Shown here one piece after another: positions 51,404 through 60,583 of a DNA stretch of 64,000 nt. The notes below the pieces were generated by a model that ran no database searches, had not been told where the DNA came from, and saw only the letters and a list, made by a program, of their open reading frames with translations. Both the position numbers and the translations under genes were made by a program. Positions within the stretch are counted from its first letter, which is position 1. Each line of letters begins with the position of its first letter. The DNA is from an uncultured archaeon (GTDB lineage: Archaea > Asgardarchaeota > Lokiarchaeia > Sigyniarchaeales > SOKP01): the NCBI GenBank assembly GCA_964486045.1, contig CAZALK010000001.1:872242-936241 (forward strand), given 5' to 3'.

Positions 51404-52435
51404 ATGCTAAATAATAAAAATATATTAATTACGGGAGGAACGGGCACAATTGGGCTAGGTTTGATTAAATTTTTATTAGACCATTATTCTCCGAAAGTAA
51501 TAAGAATTTTTAGTCGAGATGAAACAAAACAGGCTAAAATTTGGAATCTATTAGGAAAAAAATCTCAAGATAAATTAAGGTTTTTTATAGGCAATATTAG
51601 AGATAAACAAAGATTAACAATAGCATTAGAGGATGTAGAAGTAGTTTTTCATTTAGCAGCATTAAAACACGTTGCTGTTTGTGAATATAATCCATTTGAA
51701 GCAATTAAGACCAATGTTATAGGACTTCAGAATTTAATAGAAATTTGTATTGAAAAAAATGTTGAAACAGTAGTTTATACAAGTTCGGATAAAGCAGCTA
51801 CACCTTGTAATACTATGGGGGTTACAAAATTGCTAGGTGAAAAATTATTAACCACAGCTAATTATTATAAAGGAAGAAAAAGAACAAAATTTTACTCAGT
51901 AAGATTTGGAAATGTTTTAGGATCTAGGGGATCTCTTATTCCATTAATCAAAAATCAAATTAAAAACAATCACCCTATTACGTTAACAGATAATAAAATG
52001 ACTAGATATATTATGAGTTTGGATATGGCAATTAATTTACTCATTAAGACTTTACCCATTGCTCAGGGTGGAGAAGTTTTTGTTCTTAAAATGGATTCTA
52101 TTCAAATCATTGATCTCGTTGAAGTGTTAATAGAGAATTTTGCTGAAAAATATCAAAAAGAAAAAAGAAATATCGAAATTAAAGAAATTGGGATGTTTGA
52201 GGGAGAAAAATTATATGAAGAATTATTTTCCATCGAAGAATCTGAAAGGACTTATGAACTAGACGAGACATTTGTTATTATTCCTCAATTAACACCTGTG
52301 CATACGAAAATTGATTTAAAAAAATATAAAGAAATAAAGAAATTTGATTGTTCCCTCCCATTTAATTCTAGAGAAGGACCATTTCTTTCTCAAGGAGAAA
52401 TTAAAGAATTTCTGAAGAAATATAATATAATTTAA
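51404..52435 (+). CDS. pseB: UDP-N-acetylglucosamine 4,6-dehydratase (PseB/FlaA1-like)
   Basis: TGGTGTIG, FSRDETKQ, AALKHV..CEYNPFEAIKTN, SSDKA, VRFGNVLGSRGS, GEKLYEE. Confidence 0.82.
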   Translation: MLNNKNILITGGTGTIGLGLIKFLLDHYSPKVIRIFSRDETKQAKIWNLLGKKSQDKLRFFIGNIRDKQRLTIALEDVEVVFHLAALKHVAVCEYNPFEAIKTNVIGLQNLIEICIEKNVETVVYTSSDKAATPCNTMGVTKLLGEKLLTTANYYKGRKRTKFYSVRFGNVLGSRGSLIPLIKNQIKNNHPITLTDNKMTRYIMSLDMAINLLIKTLPIAQGGEVFVLKMDSIQIIDLVEVLIENFAEKYQKEKRNIEIKEIGMFEGEKLYEELFSIEESERTYELDETFVIIPQLTPVHTKIDLKKYKEIKKFDCSLPFNSREGPFLSQGEIKEFLKKYNII

Positions 52436-52454
52436 ATAATTCTGGTGATTTGAA

Positions 52455-53399
52455 ATGGTATTTTTAGTTACTGGTGGTGCGGGGTTTATTGGACGGTGGG
52501 TTGTAAAGAAATTATTATCAATGGAAAGAGACATCGTTGTAATTGATAATTTAAGTAATGGTAGTAAAGAAAACTTATTGGAATTTAATGAAAATTTGCA
52601 TTTAAAAGAAATCATTGTAGAAGATATAAGAAATAATAAAATTCTCGATGACTTGTTTTTAAAATATAGATTTAATTGTTGTATTCATTTAGCAGCTCAA
52701 ATAAATGTACAAGAAAGCTTAGAAAATCCTGAGAAATCGTTTGAATATAATGTCATAGGAACCTATAATCTCTTAGAAACTGCTCGTAAATATCAAACAA
52801 AAGTAGTTATTGTAGGAACATGTATGGTGTATGATTTAGCAGAATCGGTTATACCAATATCTGAGTCACATAGAACTAAGCCATCTTCTCCTTATGCCGG
52901 ATCTAAATTGGCAGCAGAGGATTTAGCTCTATCTTATTTTTACGGATTTAATTTACCAGTTGTTATATTAAGACCTTTTAACACTTATGGTCCATTTCAA
53001 AAAACTGATATGGAGGGCGGAGTTGTTCCTATATTTGTTAAGAATAAGATCAACAATGAAAAGTTAAAGGTATTTGGGGACGGAACTCAGACCAGAGATT
53101 TATTATATGTTGAGGATTGCGCTGAATTTATAGTAAAAGCGTCAGAATGCGAAAAATGTGTTGGGGAAGTTATTAATGCTGGAATAGGAGAAGATATTTC
53201 TATTAATGATTTAGCAAAATTAATTATTAGTGATGAGAACCTTATTGAACATGTTAAACATCATCACCCACAGAGCGAAATCATGAAACTAGTATGTAAT
53301 AACTTAAAAGCAAAGACATTATTAAAATGGGAACCAAAGATTTCATTAGAAGAGGGGATTGCTAGATTAGAAGAATGGATTCGTGGAGGTGAAAGATAA
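52455..53399 (+). CDS. NAD-dependent nucleotide-sugar epimerase/dehydratase
   Basis: TGGAGFIG, HLAAQINV, TCMVYD, PYAGSK, RPFNTYGP, GDGTQTRD. Confidence 0.88.
   Translation: MVFLVTGGAGFIGRWVVKKLLSMERDIVVIDNLSNGSKENLLEFNENLHLKEIIVEDIRNNKILDDLFLKYRFNCCIHLAAQINVQESLENPEKSFEYNVIGTYNLLETARKYQTKVVIVGTCMVYDLAESVIPISESHRTKPSSPYAGSKLAAEDLALSYFYGFNLPVVILRPFNTYGPFQKTDMEGGVVPIFVKNKINNEKLKVFGDGTQTRDLLYVEDCAEFIVKASECEKCVGEVINAGIGEDISINDLAKLIISDENLIEHVKHHHPQSEIMKLVCNNLKAKTLLKWEPKISLEEGIARLEEWIRGGER
53385..53392 (+). promoter_or_regulatory. Shine-Dalgarno-like GGAGGTGA upstream of the pseC reading frame
   Basis: Perfect GGAGGTGA 6 nt before the in-frame ATA at 53399. Confidence 0.55.
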
Positions 53400-54592
53400 T
53401 AGAAAAACCAGCAATAGAAGGGGGAAAACCAGTTAGAGCGAATTTTCTTCCCTATGGAACCCAATGGTTAGATGATGATGAAATTGATGAAGTTGTAAAT
53501 ACATTAAAATCTAACTGGATTACTACTGGTCCTAAAATGAGACTTTTCGAGGAAAATTTTAATAAATATATTGGATCTAAATACGCAGTAGCTGTTAATT
53601 CTGGAACTGCCGCTTTACATGTATCTACTTCAAGTATTGACATAAATCCAGGAGATGAAGTAATTACTACCCCTTTAACGTTTGTTGCATCTGCGAATTG
53701 CATAGTTTATCGAGGGGGAACTCCAGTTTTTGCTGATATCAAAGAGGACACGTACAATATTAATCCTCTTGAGATTAAGAAAAAAATAAATTCAAAGACG
53801 AAGGCAATAATCCCTGTGCATTTTGCAGGTCAACCTTGCGATATGGATGAAATACATGAAATTGCTAATGAAAACGATCTGTATATAATTGAAGATGCCG
53901 CACACGCAATAGATGCAGAATATAAAGGGAAAAAAATAGGTAATCTCAGTGATTTAACAATTTTTAGTTTCCATCCTGTAAAAAATATCACCACAGCAGA
54001 GGGTGGTATGGTTACAACTAATAATGAGGAATTATATGAAAAGTTAGTAATGTTTAGAACTCATGGAATCACAAAGGATACTATAAAAAGATTTGGTAAG
54101 GAAGGGGGTTTTTATTATGATATGCAACACTTAGGATTTAGATATAACTTAAGCGAACTTCATTCTTCTTTAGGAATTCATCAGTTAAGGAAACTCAAAT
54201 CCTTTCAGAAAAGAAGAAGGGAAATTGTCAAAATTTATAACAAAGAATTAAATACAAATGATCTAATTAAAATTCCATTTGTAAAGGAAAATGTTAAACA
54301 CTCTTGGCATCTCTACATAATTCAATTAAATTTGGAAAATCTGAAGGTTGATAGAGATCATATTTTTAAAGCTCTTAGAGAAGAAAATATAGGCGTCAAT
54401 GTTCACTATATTCCAGTCCACTACCATTCATTTTATTATGAAAAATTTGGATTAAGAAAAGGGATATTACCAAAAGTAGAAAATTTATTTCCAAGATTAC
54501 TAACGATTCCGCTATTTCCTAAAATGAGTGATAAGGATGTTAATGATGTTATAAATGCTTTGGAAAAAGTTCTGAATTATTATCGAAAATAA
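53399..54592 (+). CDS. pseC: DegT/DnrJ family sugar aminotransferase (PseC/SpsC-like); true start upstream of the ORF-track ATG 53537
   Basis: NSGTAALH, IEDAAHA, FSFHPVKNITTAEGG. The frame stays open upstream as EKPAIEGGKPVRANFLPYGTQWLDDDEIDEVVNTLKSNWITTGPK back to ATA 53399/53396, with TGA at 53390. Confidence 0.88.
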   Translation: MEKPAIEGGKPVRANFLPYGTQWLDDDEIDEVVNTLKSNWITTGPKMRLFEENFNKYIGSKYAVAVNSGTAALHVSTSSIDINPGDEVITTPLTFVASANCIVYRGGTPVFADIKEDTYNINPLEIKKKINSKTKAIIPVHFAGQPCDMDEIHEIANENDLYIIEDAAHAIDAEYKGKKIGNLSDLTIFSFHPVKNITTAEGGMVTTNNEELYEKLVMFRTHGITKDTIKRFGKEGGFYYDMQHLGFRYNLSELHSSLGIHQLRKLKSFQKRRREIVKIYNKELNTNDLIKIPFVKENVKHSWHLYIIQLNLENLKVDRDHIFKALREENIGVNVHYIPVHYHSFYYEKFGLRKGILPKVENLFPRLLTIPLFPKMSDKDVNDVINALEKVLNYYRK

Positions 54593-54797
54593 AAAAAGAT
54601 TTAATCTTTTATTTTTCCTTGCATTCGTTTCTATTTAAGAAATGAGGTATTCCTTATTTTTCATTGATCTTAAATATATATTATAATTAACTCATTAAGT
54701 ATTAGAGTAAGTAATAAAAAGAATCAAGTATATTGATAGTGTAGCGTAAAGACTTACCCGAAGATAATATTTTAACTTTATAAATTGAGTTTATAAA

Positions 54798-55862
54798 ATG
54801 GAAAAGAAAGAAGTAGATCTTTATTTTGGCTTTCAAGAAGTTAAAAGCGACAATGCGATCAATTGGGAGAAGAGTCGTTCAGAAGCATATAAAGAATATA
54901 GGAAAAAATGGGATGAGATACCTAAAACGCTTAAAATACCAAAATTTCCATTACATTTAGATATTGAAGCTTCTAATAAGTGTAATCTCAAATGTCCAAT
55001 GTGTCCAAGGACAGTCCGAATTACTGAAGGAAAATGGAGAGCTGAAAGAAATTTTAACTTTTCTTTGTATAAAAAGGTTTTGGATGAAGGTGGAAAGAAA
55101 GGATTATGTGCATTAAATTTAAATCATTCAGGAGAGCCTTTACTTCATCCATCTTTGCCAGAAATGATAAAATATGCAAAAGATGTAGGGATACTTGATG
55201 TTTTTTTTCATACTAATGGTACTTTACTGACAGAAAAGATGTCTAGAAAACTGGTAACCTCAGGCCTTGATAGAATGGTGATTTCTTTTGATTCACCATA
55301 CAGAGAAAAATATAATAGAATTAGGATTGGAGCCGATTATGATCAAGTTTTCGATAATATTAAAAAAATGAAAGATGTAAAAAAAGAATTAAAAAGTCTT
55401 ACACCGATAACTCGAATCAATATGGTAAAATTCCTGGATATTGAAAAAAAAGAAATTGATGATGCGGTAAATTTGTTCTCTAAAATTGTCGATATAGTCG
55501 GATTTTTAGATTATGTAGACTATGATCTCGTATTTAGCAATATAGGAAACAAAATTGAATTTCCTGAAAATTACATATCAAATTTTATTTGTACCCAACC
55601 ACTCACAAGAATGACATTATATGAAGATGGCAGAGTTTTCCCATGTTGTTGGGATAGTTATGAGCTTTATTGTATAGGAGATGTAAATAAAAATAGTCTT
55701 GAAAATATTTGGACATCTGACAAATTAGAATTCCTCAGAAAGAAGCACTCAGAGGGTAAATTCTTTGAAATCCCTATGTGTAAGAATTGTATTTATGCAC
55801 TAGAATCTGATAATTTTTCTAAGAAAATTATTCAATCTTCTCATGGTAGAAAGAAATATTAA
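54798..55862 (+). CDS. Radical SAM/SPASM domain protein
   Basis: CNLKCPMC (CX3CX2C), GEPLLHP, HTNG, SPASM CTQP...PCC...CKNC. Confidence 0.9.
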   Translation: MEKKEVDLYFGFQEVKSDNAINWEKSRSEAYKEYRKKWDEIPKTLKIPKFPLHLDIEASNKCNLKCPMCPRTVRITEGKWRAERNFNFSLYKKVLDEGGKKGLCALNLNHSGEPLLHPSLPEMIKYAKDVGILDVFFHTNGTLLTEKMSRKLVTSGLDRMVISFDSPYREKYNRIRIGADYDQVFDNIKKMKDVKKELKSLTPITRINMVKFLDIEKKEIDDAVNLFSKIVDIVGFLDYVDYDLVFSNIGNKIEFPENYISNFICTQPLTRMTLYEDGRVFPCCWDSYELYCIGDVNKNSLENIWTSDKLEFLRKKHSEGKFFEIPMCKNCIYALESDNFSKKIIQSSHGRKKY

Positions 55863-55950
55863 AAAGTGGATTTTAAAAAAAACTTTTTATCAATATACCA
55901 CTTAAACAGAATTAGTAATGGTAATAATTAAAATCAAGATTTAAGTTTCT

Positions 55951-56946
55951 TTGCGTATGGAAAAATCTGAAAAACGAATAATGATTGTAGGAGTCGGGAA
56001 TATTGGAAGCCGACATTTACAGGCTTTAAAGGCCATTAATATTCCATTAGACATTTTTGTGATAGATCCAAATCCTGATTCATTAAAGCAAGCAAAAGAA
56101 ATGTATGATTCAATGCCCTCAAACAAACAAATTCATGAAGTTACTTATACAAGCTCAATTAAAAAACTTGGTCAAGAAATTGATATAGCAATTATCGCTA
56201 CTAATTCGGATATCAGGAGAAAGGTTATTGAGAAGTTAATTGAATTTAATCAAGTAAATAATTTTCTTTTAGAAAAATTACTATTCCAAAAAGTAGAAGA
56301 TTATCATTTCATTAAGGATCTCCTAAAAATAAATAATTGTCGTGCATGGGTTAATTGTAATAGAAGAATTACACCAACTTATAATAACAAAATAAAAAAT
56401 TGGTTTAATAAGAAAAAATTATTTTATTATAACATCTCTGGAAGCCTTTATGGCTTAATGACTAATGTTATTCATGAAATAGATTATATGACATATCTTC
56501 TCGAATCTAATGATTTTTATGTTGACACAACTTATTTGGATAGTAAACTCATCCAAAGTAAGAGAAAAGGATTTCTAGAAATGACTGGAATTTTACAAAT
56601 TCATTTTAAAAATGGTAGTCATGGTTTTTTTGCTCGATATCCTTCAGGAAGGCTTTCAGAAATGACGATAATTGAGTCAGATACAGACCGTTGTATTATA
56701 AACCTAATAGAGGAAGTATCATGGATCAAAAACATTCAAAAACTAGGATGGAAAACATTTAATGCGATGTTAACCTATCAGAGTGAATTAACTACTACAA
56801 TCATAGAAAATATACTAAATAAAGATAAAAGTTATTTACCCTCTTATAAAAATTCGATGACAATTCATCTGAAATTACTTGAACCTATATTAGAATTTAT
56901 AAATAAAAATTCTTTTCAAAAATTTGATATTTTTCCATTTACATAA
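55951..56946 (+). CDS. Gfo/Idh/MocA family oxidoreductase
   Basis: IVGVGNIGSRHLQ, IIATNS, LEKLLFQ, WVNCNRR, NVIH. Confidence 0.85.
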   Translation: MRMEKSEKRIMIVGVGNIGSRHLQALKAINIPLDIFVIDPNPDSLKQAKEMYDSMPSNKQIHEVTYTSSIKKLGQEIDIAIIATNSDIRRKVIEKLIEFNQVNNFLLEKLLFQKVEDYHFIKDLLKINNCRAWVNCNRRITPTYNNKIKNWFNKKKLFYYNISGSLYGLMTNVIHEIDYMTYLLESNDFYVDTTYLDSKLIQSKRKGFLEMTGILQIHFKNGSHGFFARYPSGRLSEMTIIESDTDRCIINLIEEVSWIKNIQKLGWKTFNAMLTYQSELTTTIIENILNKDKSYLPSYKNSMTIHLKLLEPILEFINKNSFQKFDIFPFT

Positions 56947-56969
56947 AATTTTGAGAGGAAAATGATAAT

Positions 56970-57935
56970 ATGACTAATGAACTAAATTATTCAGTCTTAT
57001 TGGTTGGAGCTGGAGAAATGGCAATCGAATACGTAAAAGTTTTAACAGCCATGGAAAAAAATTCTATTATTGTGGGTAGAGGTGAAGAATCTGCGAAGAA
57101 ATTTAAGGAAATTACTGGTCTTAATGTAGAAACAGGAGGAATTAATAATTTTTTAAAAAAAACGAGATGCTCTTCTGAATATGCAATAGTAGCAGTAAAC
57201 GGTAACCAATTAGGAGAGGTAACAAGAGAGCTTATTAAATTTGGTATAAAAAATATCCTTTTAGAAAAACCTGGTGGGCTAGACGATAAAGACATTGAAT
57301 CTGTTGCTGAGTTAACTGATAGATATGAAGCTAATGTATTAATTGCTTATAATCGTCGCTTCTATGCATCAGTATCCAAAGCTAAGGAAATTATTAAAGA
57401 AGATGGAGGTGTAACTTCCTTTTATTTTGAGTTTACAGAATGGAGTCATATAATTGAAAAGGCAAATGTGCCCATAGAAGTTAAGAATCGTTTAGTCCTA
57501 CATAATTCTTCGCATGTAATCGATTTAGCATTCTATTTGGGGGGTGAGCCAATAAATATTAATTGTTATGTTAATGGTGGTTTGAGTTGGCATCCCACGG
57601 CGTCTATATTTACAGGGGCTGGAATCAGTTCCAAAAATGCAATCTTTTCATATCATTCAAATTGGGATGCACCTGGACGATGGGGTGTAGAAATTTTAAC
57701 TAAAAAACATCGACTGATCTTTAGACCTTTAGAGAAACTAAATATTCAAAAAAGAGCAAGTACGGCAATTAAAGAAATTGATATTAACGATGATTTAGAT
57801 ATAAAATTTAAACCAGGTTTATATAGAGAAGTTGAGGCTTTTTTAGGTGATAATGAGAATGAATTCATGACTATTAAACAGCAAGTATCACGATTAGCTG
57901 TTTATAACATGATTATTAAAGGTAATCATAAATAA
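56970..57935 (+). CDS. Gfo/Idh/MocA family oxidoreductase
   Basis: VGAGEMA, LLEKPG, AYNRRFY, NSSHVIDL. Confidence 0.88.
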   Translation: MTNELNYSVLLVGAGEMAIEYVKVLTAMEKNSIIVGRGEESAKKFKEITGLNVETGGINNFLKKTRCSSEYAIVAVNGNQLGEVTRELIKFGIKNILLEKPGGLDDKDIESVAELTDRYEANVLIAYNRRFYASVSKAKEIIKEDGGVTSFYFEFTEWSHIIEKANVPIEVKNRLVLHNSSHVIDLAFYLGGEPININCYVNGGLSWHPTASIFTGAGISSKNAIFSYHSNWDAPGRWGVEILTKKHRLIFRPLEKLNIQKRASTAIKEIDINDDLDIKFKPGLYREVEAFLGDNENEFMTIKQQVSRLAVYNMIIKGNHK

Positions 57936-57976
57936 AGTGCAAATTTTTAATATAAAAATCAAAGACAATATTTTAA

Positions 57977-59125
57977 TTATATTTCTAATAAGTTAAGATA
58001 GAATTCCCGTACAATATCTTCAGGAATTGTTTTAATTTTATAACTAAAATCTTTTGAGCAAACTTGATCTATAGCTCTTTTTGTATTTTTATCAAAATTT
58101 TCATTAAAAACCCAAAAATTTTTAAAATTTGGCTTTATATTTTTAAATTTATTAAACATATTAATACCTCTGAGTATAGCATTATCAATAAAAGGAACAC
58201 CAATTTTAGTTAAATCCATATATGCGCTAGTATCAAAACCAATTACTAACGTTGAAATGAGAGGATAGAAGGTTGCTTCTGCTGGATACCATATGTCATC
58301 ATAAATTATTAAATCTGCTCCAATTTTCTTTGGAACACGTTGATCTTTTTTTCTTTGTTTAATTAAGATAAAAAAGTTTTTACTTTTAAGATATTTTATA
58401 ATAGAGCGTACTAATCTTACGTGGCCATAAAAAGGAAAGAAAATTAAAGCAATCTTCTTATCTGTATCAATTTTATTTCTTGCAAAATCTATTTGTCTAT
58501 TAATATTTGAAAAAGCAACTGGTAAGGGAGTAACTAAAAATTGTGCGTTGTATCTAGACTGAAAGTGTAATCCATACTCCTCTGAGGAGCATAAAAATAT
58601 AGTCTTTGAATCATAATTTTTAATTTCATCAAAACCGTGATGTATTGCATAATGTTTTTTGTAATCAAACTTATCGCTATCTAAACAATTTATACTAAAA
58701 AGAACATCACATTCTATTTTTTTTTTGGTCAAAGGAATAATTTTAGTGGGATTTAAGGAAGATGCAATATTTTTAAATTTTTCATAGTTCTTTTTGTGTA
58801 GCAAATCATTGTATTTAGCTCTAACATTGGTTATGCATAAAAAAATTGCTTTATTCTTTTCATCTTTTATTAATTCAATTATCGGACCAAAATATTTGAA
58901 ACATCCTAAACCGTTACACACTGCAAAACATACTTTTATTGTTTTATCCTCGTAATCTTCGTAAATCTCCAATAATTCTTTTTCTCCTATAGAGTCAAAT
59001 TTGTTAATTTTTTTAGTATTTTTTTTTATCTTTGATTCTAATTTTTTTAAGCTATCAGATTTAGTGATTTCTATAACTCTATTTAGAATCTTCAGAATAA
59101 AGTCGAAAATTATTTTAAGATTCAT
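57977..59125 (-). CDS. Hypothetical protein, possible GT-B fold (TagF/sialyltransferase-like) enzyme
   Basis: Soluble 382 aa; IHHG, a LIK-basic motif and ISTLVIGFDTSAYMDLTKIGVPFI resemble GT-B C-terminal segments. No decisive motif. Confidence 0.45.
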   Translation of the reverse strand: MNLKIIFDFILKILNRVIEITKSDSLKKLESKIKKNTKKINKFDSIGEKELLEIYEDYEDKTIKVCFAVCNGLGCFKYFGPIIELIKDEKNKAIFLCITNVRAKYNDLLHKKNYEKFKNIASSLNPTKIIPLTKKKIECDVLFSINCLDSDKFDYKKHYAIHHGFDEIKNYDSKTIFLCSSEEYGLHFQSRYNAQFLVTPLPVAFSNINRQIDFARNKIDTDKKIALIFFPFYGHVRLVRSIIKYLKSKNFFILIKQRKKDQRVPKKIGADLIIYDDIWYPAEATFYPLISTLVIGFDTSAYMDLTKIGVPFIDNAILRGINMFNKFKNIKPNFKNFWVFNENFDKNTKRAIDQVCSKDFSYKIKTIPEDIVREFYLNLLEI

Positions 59126-59664
59126 AAGTAATTTTTCAATTGTTAATACTTAGATATTAGCTTGACTAATTTAATTATTTTATCAATTGACTAATTATGC
59201 ACTTGAACTATAGCAGAAAGCTTTCAAACCGTTTATTATAACTCGAAAACATACAAGAACGCTAAATTTCAACCGCGTTTAAATTTAGAGGCCGGAAAAA
59301 CACGATACAAAAGTATTGAACTTAATATTTATTTCATTCATGTTTATAATTATTTGTAAGATCTTAGCAAATTTGTTTTAAAAAATAGAATTTGCCTGAT
59401 ACAGGTAATATTAGCACCATTTCCTAAAAAAATAGTTTATACATTTAAAATTAAGTCTTTAGGATTTATTACCATTCGCTAATTCTTACATCCAGATGAT
59501 GTGGGTTGAAACGGTTTTGGTTTTTGAATTAAAGTTAACTACTAATAAAGATCGGGATAAAATGTGAGTAAATATTGCATTTTTTTTTGTAAGTAAAAAA
59601 TAGAATACGTAAATAGCTGTTAAAGTTTGGTAAAAAATAAATAGTTAATAATTATTCCACAATT

Positions 59665-60429
59665 ATGCATTTTAAATTTTGGTTGAAAACATATTTATAT
59701 CGCTTTATTCCATTTAATATAGGGCATCTACATAAATATAAAGAACCTAACTATGACTTCAGTCGTGATAAACATCCTGTTCGAAAAAAACATCATGGAG
59801 GTGGTGGTTGGGAAAATCAAATGCAAGAAGATTTTCATTACCGTGATTATGAAGATTATGAAGAATATAAAATTCATCAAATACAGAAATTTAATGAAAT
59901 ATTAAAAATCGGTTATTTTTCTAATCGAACAATATATTTTTACCGAATAAAATTTTATAAAACTTTTTATAATTTATCAAAATACGTGCCAAAATCTTCT
60001 TATATTCTATGCGCTGGTGCTCGTCAGGGAACCGAAGTAGAAGTTTTACAAGATCTTGGATTTAAGAAAGCTTATGGAATTGATTTAAATCCCGGACCAA
60101 ATAATAAATTTGTCAAATTTGGGGATTTCATGCATTTAGAGAATCCCAACTCCTCCTTAGATATGATTTACTGCAATTGTCTTGATCACGCATATAATCT
60201 TGAATCATTTTTTACTGAGCATGCACGTGTAATAAAACCAAAAGGATTTGTATTGTATCATATACCATTAAGAGGTGGAGGTCCATTTGAATCTGTTAAT
60301 TGGAAATCTAGTACATCAATTATTATCCTAATGCTTAAATTCTTTAAAAGAATTATAAAAGTAGAGACAGAATTCAATCTAAAATGGATCTTATTACAAG
60401 GGAAAAAGAATGCAACGAATCAATTATAA
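59665..60429 (+). CDS. Class I SAM-dependent methyltransferase (type 11-like)
   Basis: ILCAGARQGTEV, GIDLNP, GDF, DMIYCNCLDH, RVIKPKG. Confidence 0.82.
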   Translation: MHFKFWLKTYLYRFIPFNIGHLHKYKEPNYDFSRDKHPVRKKHHGGGGWENQMQEDFHYRDYEDYEEYKIHQIQKFNEILKIGYFSNRTIYFYRIKFYKTFYNLSKYVPKSSYILCAGARQGTEVEVLQDLGFKKAYGIDLNPGPNNKFVKFGDFMHLENPNSSLDMIYCNCLDHAYNLESFFTEHARVIKPKGFVLYHIPLRGGGPFESVNWKSSTSIIILMLKFFKRIIKVETEFNLKWILLQGKKNATNQL

Positions 60430-60583
60430 TATTAATATTTAATTCAAAGAAATCAAATTTTGTTTGATTAAATGAGATTTTCACATTTATGAATTATATC
60501 CTTATTTTAAAATTAAACTCATTCAAAGATAAATAGTCCTAAGAAGAATATATATAAATTAAATATCAAATTATTATTTAAAA

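Noticed and set aside
2677-57295. Remaining short (60-120 aa) ORFs in the track that overlap larger genes
   Set aside because: Almost all lie antisense to motif-supported genes (one, 29300-29482, is an alternate same-strand frame); none has independent evidence.
59480-59512. Sequence ending GGGTTGAAAC, reminiscent of a CRISPR repeat end
   Set aside because: Single copy, no regular repeat-spacer periodicity, and no cas genes in the window.
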